DNA of 64,000 nt from Lytechinus pictus (Eukaryota). The position numbers and the translations under genes are program-made. Of this stretch, positions 27,098-40,287 are shown piece by piece; positions within the stretch are counted from its first letter, which is position 1, and each line of letters starts with the position of its first letter. The notes under the pieces were generated by a model, which ran no database searches, was not told the DNA's origin, and saw only the letters and a list, made by a program, of their open reading frames with translations. Where the stretch lies: positions 19,160,001-19,224,000 of the forward strand of contig NC_087252.1 in NCBI RefSeq assembly GCF_037042905.1, in the 5' to 3' direction.

Positions 27098-27480
27098 GTG
27101 AATTGCCAATTCATCTATTGCCAACTCGTCTACTCATCACATGGTCTACCTTCATTTAGTCTAATGCCATTTCTTCCATCAACATTTCGGCTAACAACCA
27201 TTTAGTCCAGTAAACATTTGGTCCAATCATTACTTTGTTTAATCGTCATTTCATCTATGACCATTTCGTCTCGTAACCAGTTGATCTAATACCCATTTTA
27301 TTTTCATTCACTTTGCCCAATTAACACAGTCCAATTAGACCAAATGGTATATGGACTAAATGGCTATCGGACCAACTGATTATTAGACATAATGATGAGC
27401 GGACAAAAAGGAAGTTAGACCATGTGGGAGTGGACGAAATGATGGTAGACCAAATGACAGTAGACGAGTTGGTAATTGGA
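27098..27480. mobile_element. MITE with internal GTCTAA/TTAGAC repeats (related copy ~52868-53200)
   Basis: Inverted ends ATTGCCAACTCGTCTAC / GTAGACGAGTTGGTAAT; a second copy exists in the window. Confidence 0.65.
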
Positions 27481-29004
27481 TGAATTGGGATTAGACCAAT
27501 TGAAAATAAACCAAAGCATGTACACAGTACAGCCCGCACATAGAAAGTGATGCTGTCTTGAAGCAAACATATTAAACATATGACGCCGTAATATTTATCT
27601 CATACCTGTACATCGAGAGTGAAAGAAAAAATATTAAAGTGTACAAATAGGTAACACTATGGCAAAAAATTAATTACATTAATGCTATCTGGTTTATAAT
27701 ATTCAATTCAATTCAATTTATTTATTAGGTAAAAAATCACATGAGTAGATATATACATAGTAAAATGTTAGAAACAAACACCCTACATGTAGGAAAGCCA
27801 CAGGCTTGAAAAGCAGGGGGATCCAAGACAAAAACATTACAGTGATACAAATACAGCAAACATATTGAGAGGTATTGAAAGAAAAATGATTTTGATATCT
27901 TCCAATTAATACAATACACACCTGCATTGTTCATTAACCTTGATTTATTGCCAAATGTATAAATACCGATCACATTAACTTGGGTGGAATCCAAGCCAAC
28001 TGGATGATCCCTTGTGTGTGTGTGAAATGAGTTGGCACGGCACGCTTTATAGCAGACTATGAAAGCTCTATTATCCGGTTTTGGATCAAATCCAGTTACA
28101 TGTACATGTATTATGACTGGGTGCCAGAAACACTTTAGATAGCACACATAGTAAGCATATCAACCAGAAGCGTATTGTCATTGATCCATGAATGAGGGTC
28201 GGGACTATGAGGAGTAGGGTGGGGTGGGGGGAGAGGAAAAGATGGAGAGAGTCATCTATTATACATATATGTTCATGTAGTAAGCAGAGATTTTAAGCAA
28301 TGTACAATATGTCTTATATTGCAAAAGAGGGGAGGATAATTCCTGCTTCAAATCACATTGTTGGCTAGTCAGCCAATAGGGCCATTTTACCGAGTACATG
28401 CCAATCACTTTAGTGCACAGTGACCTCTATGTCCAGATTGGGTTAGTCTTGTGTGAACTGCCTGTACCCAGGGTGGCACTTTCTTTGTTTCTTCTTCTTT
28501 TTTCATTTTTTTAAAATTGTTTTATAGTTCAACTCTGATTGTTTCCAGTGGTCTCTTGTGCTACAATGCCCTGTAGTATGTTATGATGTGTTGCAGCTGT
28601 ATGTGTGGTCTTGTATTGCAGTATGTTGTGGTGTATTGTAGTGTGTTGTATTGCAGTGCACTGCAATGTAATATGTTGTGTTGGAGTGAGTTTTAGTGCT
28701 AAGTAGTCTTGTATTGTAGAGTGTTGTATTAAGTCATGCTGCATCATATCATGCTGTAGGCATTTGATGTTATGTAATGTTGAACTGTTTTCTTTAATAG
28801 TATTATGGGGGTGTTGTTAAGTTTTTTTTATATACAGTGTACATTTCATGTTAACTTTATTTCATGTAATGTTGTGAGCCTTTCGTGTTATCTAATGTGG
28901 AACTATTTTTTTTCATAGTAATAGGGGGTGTTATTAAGTCTTTTGTTATACATATATTTATTTTTATTTCAAGAAGGAAGGAATAATCTCTACAATCCAC
29001 TCAC

Positions 29005-29221
29005 CTTCATACTGGACCGTGAGCTGGCTACCTGCCTGGACGGTGGGGATGACCCTATGAACCTTCAGGGTGGGGGAGACAACAGAGGTCAGCCAGGGAA
29101 CAGAGGGCCAGACCTTGGCAGCGTTGACCAGACGCCATGCTTTGAGGACGCCAAAGCCGTGTTTGTGGCTGTGGTGGAAACCGGCGGCGTTGACGGTCCA
29201 CTCTCCTTTCTTTTCATCAAT
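29005..29221 (-). CDS. PCSK7: PCSK7 exon, end of catalytic domain / start of P domain
   Basis: IDEKKGEWTVNAAGFHHSHKHGFGVLKAWRLVNAAKVWPSVPWLTSVVSPTLK..., with the AWRLVNAAK PC7 motif; phases 0/1. Confidence 0.97.
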
Positions 29222-29900
29222 CTGAAGGAAAAAAACAATAATAATCATACATGTAACTACACATCTACAACAACAATAATGATAATGAAAATAATAAAAT
29301 TGATGATGATGATGATGATAATTATAATAATATTCATGATAGTGAAGATGAGGAGGGACGGAAGGAGGGAGGGAAAGGGAGGAGGAAGGGGATGAGGAAA
29401 ACAACAAAGCCATGTTTTGGCTTTGGTGGAAACCGGCCCTTTTCTTTTCTCCCCTTTTTTTTCTCCCTTTCTTTTCATCAATCTGAATCATAAAAAGAAT
29501 ATTAAAATGATGAATATGATAAGGAAGAGGAGAAAGAAGGAGCAGAAGAGGAAGAAGCGAGAAGAGGAATAAGGAAGACGAGGAAGAGGAAAAGGAGGAA
29601 GAGAAGGAGGAAGAAGAAGAGGAGGAAGGAGAAGGAGAAAAAGAGGGAGGAGTAGGAGAAGACAACAACCATAGCCATGCTGTGACTTATACATAATTGC
29701 TCTCATGTTTTTCTTCAATTTTTTAAGATTTACAGTTGCTTTATCATACATGTATGTTTTGGACATGTCAGTCACCAAAGAACACATAATTTTATTTTTT
29801 ATTAAACTCTTAAAAACAAAGAATTAAAATTTTAGAAAAAATGAAGCTTTGATCTTTAGCATAAGTTTTGTGATTAGTTCGTAAAATTCCGCAGACTCAC

Positions 29901-30068
29901 CTTCGAGGCAGAGTAGACTATGATATGCTGGACATCCCTCCATGAAAGACAAGGTTTAGCTTCTAACATTAGGCTTATCATCCCTGCAGCTAGTGGAGCA
30001 GCAGCTGATGTACCCGTATGAGTATTGGTACAGCCCGTCCCTGGGCCTAGTGTCCAATCGGTGGTGAC
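29901..30068 (-). CDS. PCSK7: PCSK7 exon with catalytic Ser
   Basis: [60 protein letters not shown] subtilase motif; phases 0/0. Confidence 0.98.
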
Positions 30069-30192
30069 CTGGTGGGAGAGTTCATTCAGTATTAGGGGTG
30101 TTTTATACAAGATATTTTCTAAGTACCATATGATCCTACGCAGTATTGGTACAGCCCATCCCTGTGCCTAGTGTACAATCAGTGATGAACAG

Positions 30193-30337
30193 GGGCCCAT
30201 TGCAGAAAGAGTTCTGTTTAAACGCAAGTCAAAAAATCAATCGCAAGTCCCAAATGCGTGCTGTTGATTGGTTGAAAATCAAGTTGCGCATTATTTTTAG
30301 AGTAGCGATTGATTGCAACTCTTTCTGCAACGGGCCC
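30193..30337. mobile_element. Harbinger-like MITE (sister of 23287-23404)
   Basis: TIRs GGGCCCATTGCAGAAAGAGTT / AACTCTTTCTGCAACGGGCCC with CWG flanks. Confidence 0.8.
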
Positions 30338-31078
30338 CTGGTCAGAGAGTTCATTCTGTATTAGGGGTGCATGTTTTGTACAAAATATGACAGTATAATT
30401 GAAAAATACAGTATCATCCATAGAACATTGGTATGGCTGATTCCTGGGCTTAATAATAATAATGATAATAGTTACATACACATTATGAATAATGTCTCTA
30501 TACGCTTCCAAAGGACTTGGACATTATTACCCCAGCTGTAGCTCAATCAGCCTTCAAGCGCTCAGTGATAGCTCATCAGACATGAGCAAATGGGAGAGTT
30601 CCATTATATTTAATACAGTACAATTGAAAATACAATATGATCCCATACAATATTTCCAATCCGTGGTGGGATGGTTCATTCAACATTAGGGGTATTTTAT
30701 ACAGCCTATGATAGGATATTTGAAAATACAGCATCATCCATAGACTGTTTGTACAGTTCATTCCGGGGCCTGATAGCCAGTCAGATGTGAGCAATTGGGA
30801 GAGTTCGTTCCATAATAGGGGTGTGTTGTGTGTTCCACAACCAGAAAGGTCATATTGCAGGAAAAGCAAAAACAAGAAACAATGTTAAGTTTTCAAATGC
30901 TTTTTAATTTTATTCAGCCAAATGTTTTTGGTAAAAAGATCCCCTTCAAACGTTGTTTTTTTTTTCAAATAATTTCAGCTACATTACATGGCCACAACAT
31001 GACGCTTACAAATGAAGGGGGTGGCATGACTTCCTTCCACAAATGAGAGGAGTGAAGAACGGGTTGATGCAAACTTAC

Positions 31079-31179
31079 AATGTTTCTTTGCGGACGTGAC
31101 CCGCTGCTGAAGGTGACGGCAAAGAGAGAAGCGCATTCCTCAGCGTAGAAAGGCATCTGACCCTTCTCATCTACAGCAC
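31079..31179 (-). CDS. PCSK7: PCSK7 exon, catalytic domain
   Basis: (G)[33 protein letters not shown]; phases 1/0. Confidence 0.97.
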
Positions 31180-33184
31180 CTGTATTGGAGACAAAGTAAC
31201 ACTGGATGAATTCAAGTTCGGTGTTGACCTTTAGTGTTGGTGTTATCACATTGTCTGATTTATAGTTCAGTGTTGACATTTTGGTGTTGGTGTTATGACA
31301 TTCAAAGCTTGGGGCGACCTTGTGGTGTTAGTGAAGGGTCACTGAACAAAAACAATTTATATGTATCCGAAAGGCATCTAGCCCTTACCATCTACAGCAC
31401 CTGCATTAGAGACAAAGTAACACTGGATGATTTCGATTGCAGTGCTAGTGTTGGTGTTAACCTTTTGGTGTTAGGGTTGGGTCATTTTTTATCAATCCAA
31501 TGCTAATCATGATCATCTTATAATATTGTAAAACGTAATTTTTTTCTCACACGATCCATCAGTTACGTTTTTGTCAAGTGCACAAAAATTGTTTGTATTT
31601 ATTTTTAAACAAAATTATTATTAAGACCCAATATTTATTTGTTTAATTTTGTAATGTAACTAAGATAGGGGCTTGTCTCTTGTACAAGCTTTGCTTTTTT
31701 TTCGGTAAGTCCCTCCGTTTTACTTTTAAATACAAATGTCATTTGAGATATCTTTATTTAATGAATTGTGTTCCTTAAATCTATGATTATGTAATATATA
31801 TTATATTTTGTCTTGTAGTATTTTCGACCTTGTTATGTTATGTTTATCATATTATGTACAATTGTGAAACGGAAATAAATAAATCAAATCAAATCAATTT
31901 GCATACAATGACATCACATAAGTTAAATCCTTAAAGTTCAAACAATATCAAGTTTTTAATAGCACAATTTGTTTCAAATGTAACAGAATAGCATTTCAGG
32001 AAATGCTTTGTCAGTCATGTTCACTGGAAAATTTGTTGACAACCAATCAAATGCAAGGATTTCAGTTGCTTATAACAGTTTTCAACGCAAATCACAGGCC
32101 AATTACTTGTGAAACTATCTCCAAGTATCATTTCATACAAAGTGCAATGCCCATGAAAGAATACATGGTGTACCGTGAAACCACTACACTTTTACACTGC
32201 AGCTACTTTAGTACAGTTGAAATGCAATTAAATGCTTGTAATTGTTTGTATAATCAAACACCCCTTTATTAAACTTTAAAGATACCATATCCTTGTCAAC
32301 ACAGTATTACACAGCAGTATATCATTACATGCAAAGACCTTTGCTTTCAGATAAAAAGTATGTACTTTCTGCACTTATTCCCCCTTTTACTTTATTCTGT
32401 TAGGATCCTCTTCTTTGGCTAGGAGGAGGCAGATGATACAAAACAGACAACTGGCTTGTAACACAAAGCTTAGTAATCATAATAGAATATTGATTTTACA
32501 ACTGATTGCATTGACTACAATGTACAATTAATCGTAAAAATCACATGTACGGTTAATCGCTAATGTTTGTGATACGGGACCCATATCACCTCCCATATTC
32601 TTATCCAGGTCAACATGTAGCCTGACAAGATATCAAACAAATTTGGATCCTATCTCGATATTTGCATTGTAATCTAAATACATACTGCATATCAAATACC
32701 CTTATAAGGTTCATGTGTGATATTCAAAGATGTACGTGTATGGTAATTGACGTATCAAAGATACCATCATATGTAGTATATCGATCGTAAATTTACTTGG
32801 GTCTTGTTTCATGAAATACCCTGTCATATACAGTGGGTTTATTCAAAAATTTTCTACCAAGAACTAAAACAATTGGATTGACAACTGATCAAGTGCATTT
32901 ATTGCTGCAACCTATTTCACCATAATGGAGACACATCATTGACACATGTATGAAAAAAATGAAACATTTATGTAATAACATAAGACAAAGGAAAGTGGGG
33001 ATATGACATCATCAGCCCACCCAATGAATATTCATGACAATGTGCATATAACTGTTTTATACAAAATATTTATAAACTTTAAAATTCAATAACTTTGTTA
33101 TTTGTTATCCGATTTTGATGAAATTTTCAGCATTTTGCTCTGTGAATTTTACTCTTTATATTTTCAGCTCGGACTATCCTTTTA

Positions 33185-33577
33185 AAGATGAATACCAGTT
33201 GTGGTAAAAATCTCAAAATGAGTTTGAACAGAATCCAATAAAATGACCACCCAAGTGTCTGTATATTAGATTTAAAAAATATGTACCAAATTGCTATAGA
33301 AAAATGTGTAATTGCTGAGAAATAAGCAAAATAAGCACGGAATTCTACAAAATGTCGGTTATTTTTCCAAACAATATTGATACACTGTCCCACATATGCC
33401 TTTTTGTGTTTATAGTGATCATTGGAATTATCAGTTTTCAGTTAAGAGTTCATAATTTCACAAAAGTTGATTTCAATATACCAGATCTATAGTCTATGAT
33501 AATATTGTGGCATTTAACCTTGATTTTATAGACAATCTCAGGAAATAGTTATTTGCTGCAACTACTTTATTTTACCT
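33185..33577. mobile_element. Degenerate TTAA-flanked (Kolobok-like) element
   Basis: TTAAAG... start and ...CCTTTAA end with decayed inverted termini (CAGTTGTGG / TGCAACTA). Confidence 0.45.
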
Positions 33578-33736
33578 TTAATCATAAAATCAATTGCATA
33601 TTTTATGTCAAAACAGAGCCCAGGATAAAGACTATGGAAATCCAATGGGGAAATGAAATTAATTTATTGTAAGGAGGACCCAACTGCATTTACTGTATTG
33701 AATTTTATTAAGATTTGCATTTATCTGCCACCTTAC

Positions 33737-33930
33737 CTATTGTAACAGTATACATTGAATTTGCATAGCCATCATAGTTGCAGTTGTCCCCGTTCTTGCC
33801 CCCGTTGCCGCTAGCAACCACAAATATACTGCCCCGCCCTCTCCTCCCGTAGGTGACGCCATGTTGAAGAGCCGCCTTGGCCAGGGTGTGTGGGCCATCG
33901 ACCGTCTTTCCATCATCATCTGGACCCCAA
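33737..33930 (-). CDS. PCSK7: PCSK7 exon with oxyanion-hole Asn
   Basis: (S)[64 protein letters not shown]; phases 2/1. This frame differs from the ORF-track entry. Confidence 0.98.
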
Positions 33931-34004
33931 CTATGGAAACAAGAGATAATATTTATATTAGATAAATGATCGATGTAGTGAAATAGAAATAATCCTTTTG
34001 AGCT

Positions 34005-34277
34005 GACAGATTCTTTTCTGTTTCTGTTTCTGCTTTATATGGTAACTCCCGTAGGAACTCGGCAGGACAGCGTTTTGCTGGTAAAGGCCAAGCTGGTATA
34101 TAACCAATTACATAGGAAACATTTTACGTCTAGGTTTAATAATCAGTCATAGTGGCTGACCTTATAGACGACAGATATCACTCTTGGGCCTTTTTATCAA
34201 AGTGGAGACAATGGCAGAGTAGGGATTTGAACTCACAACCTTGCGATTATGAGTTCAATGCTCTAACCACTGGACCT
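34005..34277 (-). mobile_element. tRNA-derived SINE (second family)
   Basis: Minus strand GGTCCAGTGGTTAGAGC (A box) and GAGTTCAAATCC (B box); (CAGAAA)n-like tail. Confidence 0.65.
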
Positions 34278-35047
34278 TTTAAATATGTTTTGATAAGAAT
34301 AATATGGGAAGAGAGTGAGAGAGAGAAAGAAGAAGGAAAGGTATGATGGAGGAGTACAGGGAGGAACAAATTGATTTATTTTTTAACGGTAAATTTATAG
34401 GACAGGGACAAATTTAACATAAATCAAATTTGATTAGCATTTCTGGTTGTAAGTGAACAGCTTTCAACTATGTTCTATATAGTCCTATAAAAAACAATAA
34501 AATTGTTATGTACACAAAATAAATTTTATGTACATGTACATAGCAATCATAAAAAATAAAATGTGGAGCGAATTGTGAGGCTATACCAGGGGAATCCTTG
34601 CTGTAGAAGGAAAGTGAGAGAGTTGAATCAATATACAAGATATAGATCAATTAATAGATGGGTACATGTAGATGGACCATAAACATGTACATGTATAAAT
34701 CTGGGGATAGATAAAAAGATTGATCAATATATAGATAAAGATTTAATATTTGAAAATTTGTTGCATACATGTACATACATGTGGAAGAAAGGAAGGGAGG
34801 ATGGATGGATGGACGGACGGACAGACTGACGGACAGACAGACGGATGGATAGATGAAGAAAAAGAGGCAATTACAGAGAAAGTAAAGGGGGAGAGCAGAT
34901 GAAGATTTAAAAAGGAAGAGAATCAAAGAGAACAGTGGCTTTTAAAATGATCTGGGAATAGATCAGGAAAGCAGAAAACAGCTGATAATGAAATCATGTA
35001 ATAAAAGCAGGAAGAGGGGCAAGGAAATTTAAAAACAAGACACTTAC

Positions 35048-35138
35048 CTGCAACTATAGATATCATTAATGTACATAAATTTGTTGAAAGCAGTGGCTTC
35101 TAGGCTATCAGTCATTGGACCGTCTAGTAGTCGAATAC
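35048..35138 (-). CDS. PCSK7: PCSK7 exon, catalytic domain
   Basis: (G)[29 protein letters not shown](S); phases 1/2. Confidence 0.97.
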
Positions 35139-35659
35139 CTGGTAAAGAATCATAAGAAGAAAATTATTCCTAACAAACTGATTGATTTCCTAAAATAGTG
35201 CAAAATTTCCTGGTTATTCAAAGCAGGGGAAATATGACACAAGGGCTCAGAGCGATTTCATCCCTGGGAACTCAAAAGGGAGCCATGGAAAATCCAAGGA
35301 AAGCTTTAATATCCGATGTTGCAAATTTAGGCGGTAAGTTTTGAAAAGTTTCCCCCCCCCCGAAAAAAAAAATATATTTGTTGCCTGATTCAAAGAAATT
35401 CATACTACATGTATCTGAACAGTCAGCATTAATAATAGCCTACATACACAAGTGAAGATTGGTGAATAGAGTGTTAAAATTTTAAATTGAGATACATGTA
35501 CAGTTTGTTTCATTTGCGGGGGGGGGGGGGGGACAAGCAATGACTTATTAAAAGGATTCATCCACAATGCAGTACTTGCTTACTCTCATTATTATATTCC
35601 CCAAATTTTTGCACTGAACTTATTACACAATTGCAATAAATAATCAGACTTCATTTACA

Positions 35660-36794
35660 CAGGGATGCCACTAGGTGTCCTCCAAAAATACTGAAACTTA
35701 TTGCGGGCAGGGAGTGTCCAAGATCAGTGAATTGGGGCATTGGCGGCGGAAGCCCCAAAATTTAGGGGGGGGACCACCTTAAATTTTGGGATGGACACAG
35801 GTAAAAAATTGGACAAGCAAGCAAGCATTTTTTTTTTTTTGGGGGGGGGGGATCCCCCACCTCAAATTTAGGGGGGGGGGGCAAGAGGCTTCTTATCTTG
35901 TTGTGATCGATGACTTTGGAGTCAAGATTTGAAAAAAAAACTGATGGTAGTGTGAGTTTCTAAAGTAACAGAACGCAAGACTAAAAGCTTCAGTCTCTGT
36001 ATTTTGGTTGTTCCGCTGAACCGCGTTGGCTCCACTCACCAATACATAGACTGAAGAGTTGTTGGCCCGTGCATAGAGACAATCAGCTAACCCAGTCCCA
36101 GGGAGCTCCGGCCCGGGAAGCGGGCCGGAGCTCCCTGGGTTACGTACCGTATCAGCTGCAGCAGTAAGGTTAGATCGAACATTCAGCGGAAACCCGATTT
36201 TCGGATCGTTTTTGGTACATAAAATGTCACATTATGAAAAAATAATCACATCCAAATTCACGAGAAGATACATAAAATTCAGAAACATCGTACCTTAGAC
36301 CGCAGTTACCGATAATTCCTTTCAAATTATGATCAAAACTTAGTCATCCTTGATCCTTTCGTTGGTCATCGTAAGTTGCCATCTTGGATGACGTCATCAT
36401 CTTTACAGACGTATTTACCAGTCGCTATTATATCGCGATTCATGCCGCTGCTTTGCGCTTGTCTATGTGCGTGCGTTCGCTCACATTGATTGGGCAGGAT
36501 ATCAAGGATTCCAATCGGAAAGCCTTGATAAAAGCATAACTCAATGAACGTAGTGGGCAGTGCGCGCGTTTATAAATTGTGTACTGTATAAAAGCAAATA
36601 TCTCGGAGAAATATCTTTCACTCGGTCGATCGTCATACATCGCAATCGAGAGAGAGCTAGGGGGGAGGAAAAGGGAGGATTTTCCGACTTTTTTTTTGTA
36701 CACAGAAAACAGGAAAAGTCGGAAATACGGAAATACGACGGACAACAGGGAAAAAGACGGAATTCCGTATAAATACGGAAAAGTGGCATCCCTG
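35660..36794. mobile_element. 1.1-kb non-autonomous hAT-like element
   Basis: TIRs CAGGGATGCCACT / AGTGGCATCCCTG; 7-bp flanking direct repeat ATTTACA; AAATACGGA subterminal repeats at the right end. Confidence 0.8.
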
Positions 36795-37612
36795 ATTTAC
36801 AGTACTGTAGTTGCTGATATTGATATTTATAAATGAAATGATAATGTAAAGTAAAATGAAATTTGAAGGAAAACAAACATTTCAATTCAAAATTATGATA
36901 AAGACCACATGTTGTAAAATTCACAGAATATATTTTTTATCAGTGAAAAAAAAAGACATAACAAAAAAAAATGGTCAAAGGCACCGAGGCCTACATACCA
37001 TCATTCTGAGGCTAACAAAATAGTTTTTATTGGTGCTTGGAAATTGATTGACCCGGGCCGAAACAAAGAAGTTTAATACTGAATACTCAATTGATTGACT
37101 GCACTATTGAATAATGATTAACACACGCTACATTTATCTTGAATGATCAAGGCCTAATTGCCTATCAAACAGATATTATTAATTTCTACATGTTCATGGA
37201 ACATCCGGTCACAGGCAATAAAAAGGGGCGGTACATGTACATGTACATGTACTATCAGAGTTCATCTTGTAATAGGAGCATTCAATGTACTAGATGTAAG
37301 GGTACACTGTACATGTACATGTATGTGTCACAATATCATATAATTTGAGTTCAATTTCCACTTCTTTTAGTTTCCATTTCAAAATACAAGTACTCTACAT
37401 ACAATTTTGCAATAGCGCTCTGGAAATCTATCCCAGGAAGGAAATATGTGTACAAGTGATTTGAAGAGACATTTTTGAGAGGTCAATTTACAATGCTATC
37501 TACAACGTACATGATCATGTTCATGTACATGTAGATGTTGTAACATGCATGTACATGTATGGGGTAGAGTGTACATGTACAGTATGTGTCAGTGTCACAA
37601 TATCATACATTG

Positions 37613-38040
37613 TGGCCCGAATTCACAAAGGTGGTTTTTAAAACACACGGTTGAATCCATGGTTTATGCAGATTTCCTGTACAAATTACGCTTAATTTAG
37701 CGCGTATCGGGCGCGTGTATAAAATGTCCAATGCTGATGCGCGATTTTATCACAGTGCGCCAAATTGACGCCTGTCGCCATGGTTATCCACGCTATTTTA
37801 TTCATGAGTCCACTGTTTTGAATTAGTGAGTCCGCTCTTCAAACAGTGGACTCATGAATAAAATAGCGCATCTAACCATGGAAACAGGGGTCAATTTGGC
37901 GCACTGTGACAAAAGCGCGCATCAGCATTGGACATTTTTTAATATATGCACAGTAAAATAAGCGTAATTTATACAAGAAATCTGCATAAACCATGGACTC
38001 AACCGTGGGTTTTCAAAACCACCTTTGTGAATTCGCGCCA
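37613..38040. mobile_element. Almost fully palindromic ~430-bp MITE
   Basis: TGGCCCGAATTCACAAAGGTGGTTTT ... AAAACCACCTTTGTGAATTCGCGCCA; arms pair to a centre near 37830. Confidence 0.88.
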
Positions 38041-38308
38041 CTGTGTCTGGCTCATTTTCTCCTTCATTATAGGCATATACAATCTAGATACTACTTGGAG
38101 AGCTCCGAAAATGAACCTCAGGAAGGACACATTAAAAGTGATTTTAACAGATGTAGGGTCACTTTGCAGCATACTCAATTACTACCCTAATATTGAATTC
38201 ACTCCATTGTGAATCATTGAAACAGCAAACATCCCATCTCTGAAAAATTGTATGCAGAAAATAAGAAAATTGTCCACTGACGTTTTCAAATTAAACGATC
38301 AATGAGTA

Positions 38309-39655
38309 AACAAGTGGAACGCCTCTGGCAGTCTCGCCTGCATTACGCGATTTAATATAGCAGCAGTGCTAACTTTGAAAACTACTATTAAATAATCATT
38401 CACAAAAACACCATTCATATAATGACATAATACCACGTTCATTGACCATAAATGACATTTGAACGGTGACTTAAGACTTGTCAACTACACCCATGTCCAC
38501 ATTTCATTCACTCTATCCATAAACTTTCAAAGTTATGATGGCAATTCAACAATTACCCCAACATGGCCTAAGTTTATTGACCTTAACTGACCTTTGACCT
38601 TGGTTTTGTGACCTGAAACTCACAGGGGATGTTCAGTGATACTTGATTACTCTTATATCTTAAGTTGTATGAACTAGATCCATAAACTTTCAGAGTTAGG
38701 ATGGTAATTCAACAAATACCCCTAACACGGCCAAAGTTCATTGACCTTTAATGACCTTTGACCATGGTCATGTGACCTGAAACTCGTACAGGATGCTCAG
38801 TGATACTTGATTACTCTTATGTCCAAGTTTTATGAACTAGATCCATAAACTTTCAGAGTTAGGATGGTAATTTAACAAATATCCCCAACACGGCCAAAGT
38901 TCATTGACCTTAAATGACCATTGTCCATGGTCATGTGACCTGAAACTCGCACAGGATATTCAGTGGTACTTGATTAACCTAATGTCCAAGTTTCATGAAC
39001 TAGATCCATAAATTTTCAAAGTTATGATGGTAATTCAACAAATACCCCCAACTTGGCCAAAGTTCATTGACCCTAAATAACCTTTGACCTTGGTCATGTG
39101 ACCTGAAACTCGAGCAGGATGTTTACTAATACTTGATTAACCTTATGTCCAAGTTTCATGAAATAGATCCATAAATTTTTAAAGTTATGATAGTAATTCA
39201 ACAAATACCCCCAACTTGACCAAAGTTCATTGACCCTAAATTACCTTTGACCTTGGTCACGTGACCTGAAACTCAAGCAGGATGTTCAGTAATACTTGAT
39301 TAACCTTATGCCCAAGTTTCATGAACTAGGTCCATATACTTTCTAAGTTATGATGTCATTTCAAAAACTTAACCTTCGGTTAAGATTTTGAAAATAATTC
39401 TCCCAACATGGTCTAAGTTCATTGACCCTAAATGACCTTTGACCTTGGTCATGTGACCTGAAACTCAGGCAGGATATTCAGTAATACTTGATTAAGCTTA
39501 TGTCCAAGTTTCATGAACTAGGTCCATATGCTTTCTAAGTTATGATGTAATTCAAAAACTTAACCTTAGGTTAAGATTTGATGTTGACGCCGCCGCCGTC
39601 GCCGTCGGAAAAGCGGCGCCTATAGTCTCGCTCTGCTATGCAGGCGAGACAAAAA
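38309..39655. mobile_element. Helentron-associated (HINE/DINE-1/pearl-like) element with six ~163-bp internal tandem repeats
   Basis: AACAAG start; subterminal inverted repeat GTCTCGCCTGCAT (38331) / ATGCAGGCGAGAC (39638); terminal hairpin, A-tract end and (GCC)n spacer. GACCTGAAACTC recurs at 38610, 38774, 38937, 39100, 39263 and 39455. Confidence 0.8.
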
Positions 39656-40287
39656 GGGTATCGCAGTGTACTCATTCAGCACACATGTGCACTCACTATT
39701 AAAAATGCACAAATTTTGTGCATTTTGAACCTTTTCCCCCAAATTTTACACCTCTTCATGTCATTCAATCAAAATACATAACAATATTTATCCACAATGT
39801 TACATGTACATGTATGTACCTGTATAGTAAAGTATGGCAGTCTCCCAGACAATGTTCTTGGCAGGCCATCAAGTCTTGGGAAGTGGTGGGGGTGTGTGTG
39901 TGGGGGGGGGTGGAGTGGGGTCACAAAGAGATACATGTACGTTAGAGTGATTAGAAGTCATGCTTTAACCATGTTAGCCATGTTATCTCATCAATGATGA
40001 ATTAGTGTGTGGACGATCTAGTGGGTGTTTCATATTGGCTGTTTGTACACGTATTAAGTTAAGAGCGACTTACATGTAAAGAACGACTGGTGAACCTTTC
40101 ACACATGCTAAATAATCACCAATGTTCATTTAATGGTGAATATCATTTTGGTCACAAGAACAGATCACCAGTCGTTCTTAAAGTCGCCCTTACAGACAGC
40201 TTTATGAAACGGCCCCCTGATCAATAGTGATGTGCAGTATACTCACGTATTCATCTTTTATGGATTAGACTTAAGTTTTTTTTTTAC

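Noticed and set aside
27705..28190. Possible LINE ORF2 zinc-knuckle remnant with (TTGAA)n tail; similar LINE-like tail at 31640-31900
   Set aside because: Too decayed to assign by eye; needs a RepeatMasker or tBLASTn search.
33737..33919. ORF-track peptide [10 protein letters not shown]...
   Set aside because: Wrong frame of a real PCSK7 exon; the correct frame reads [13 protein letters not shown].
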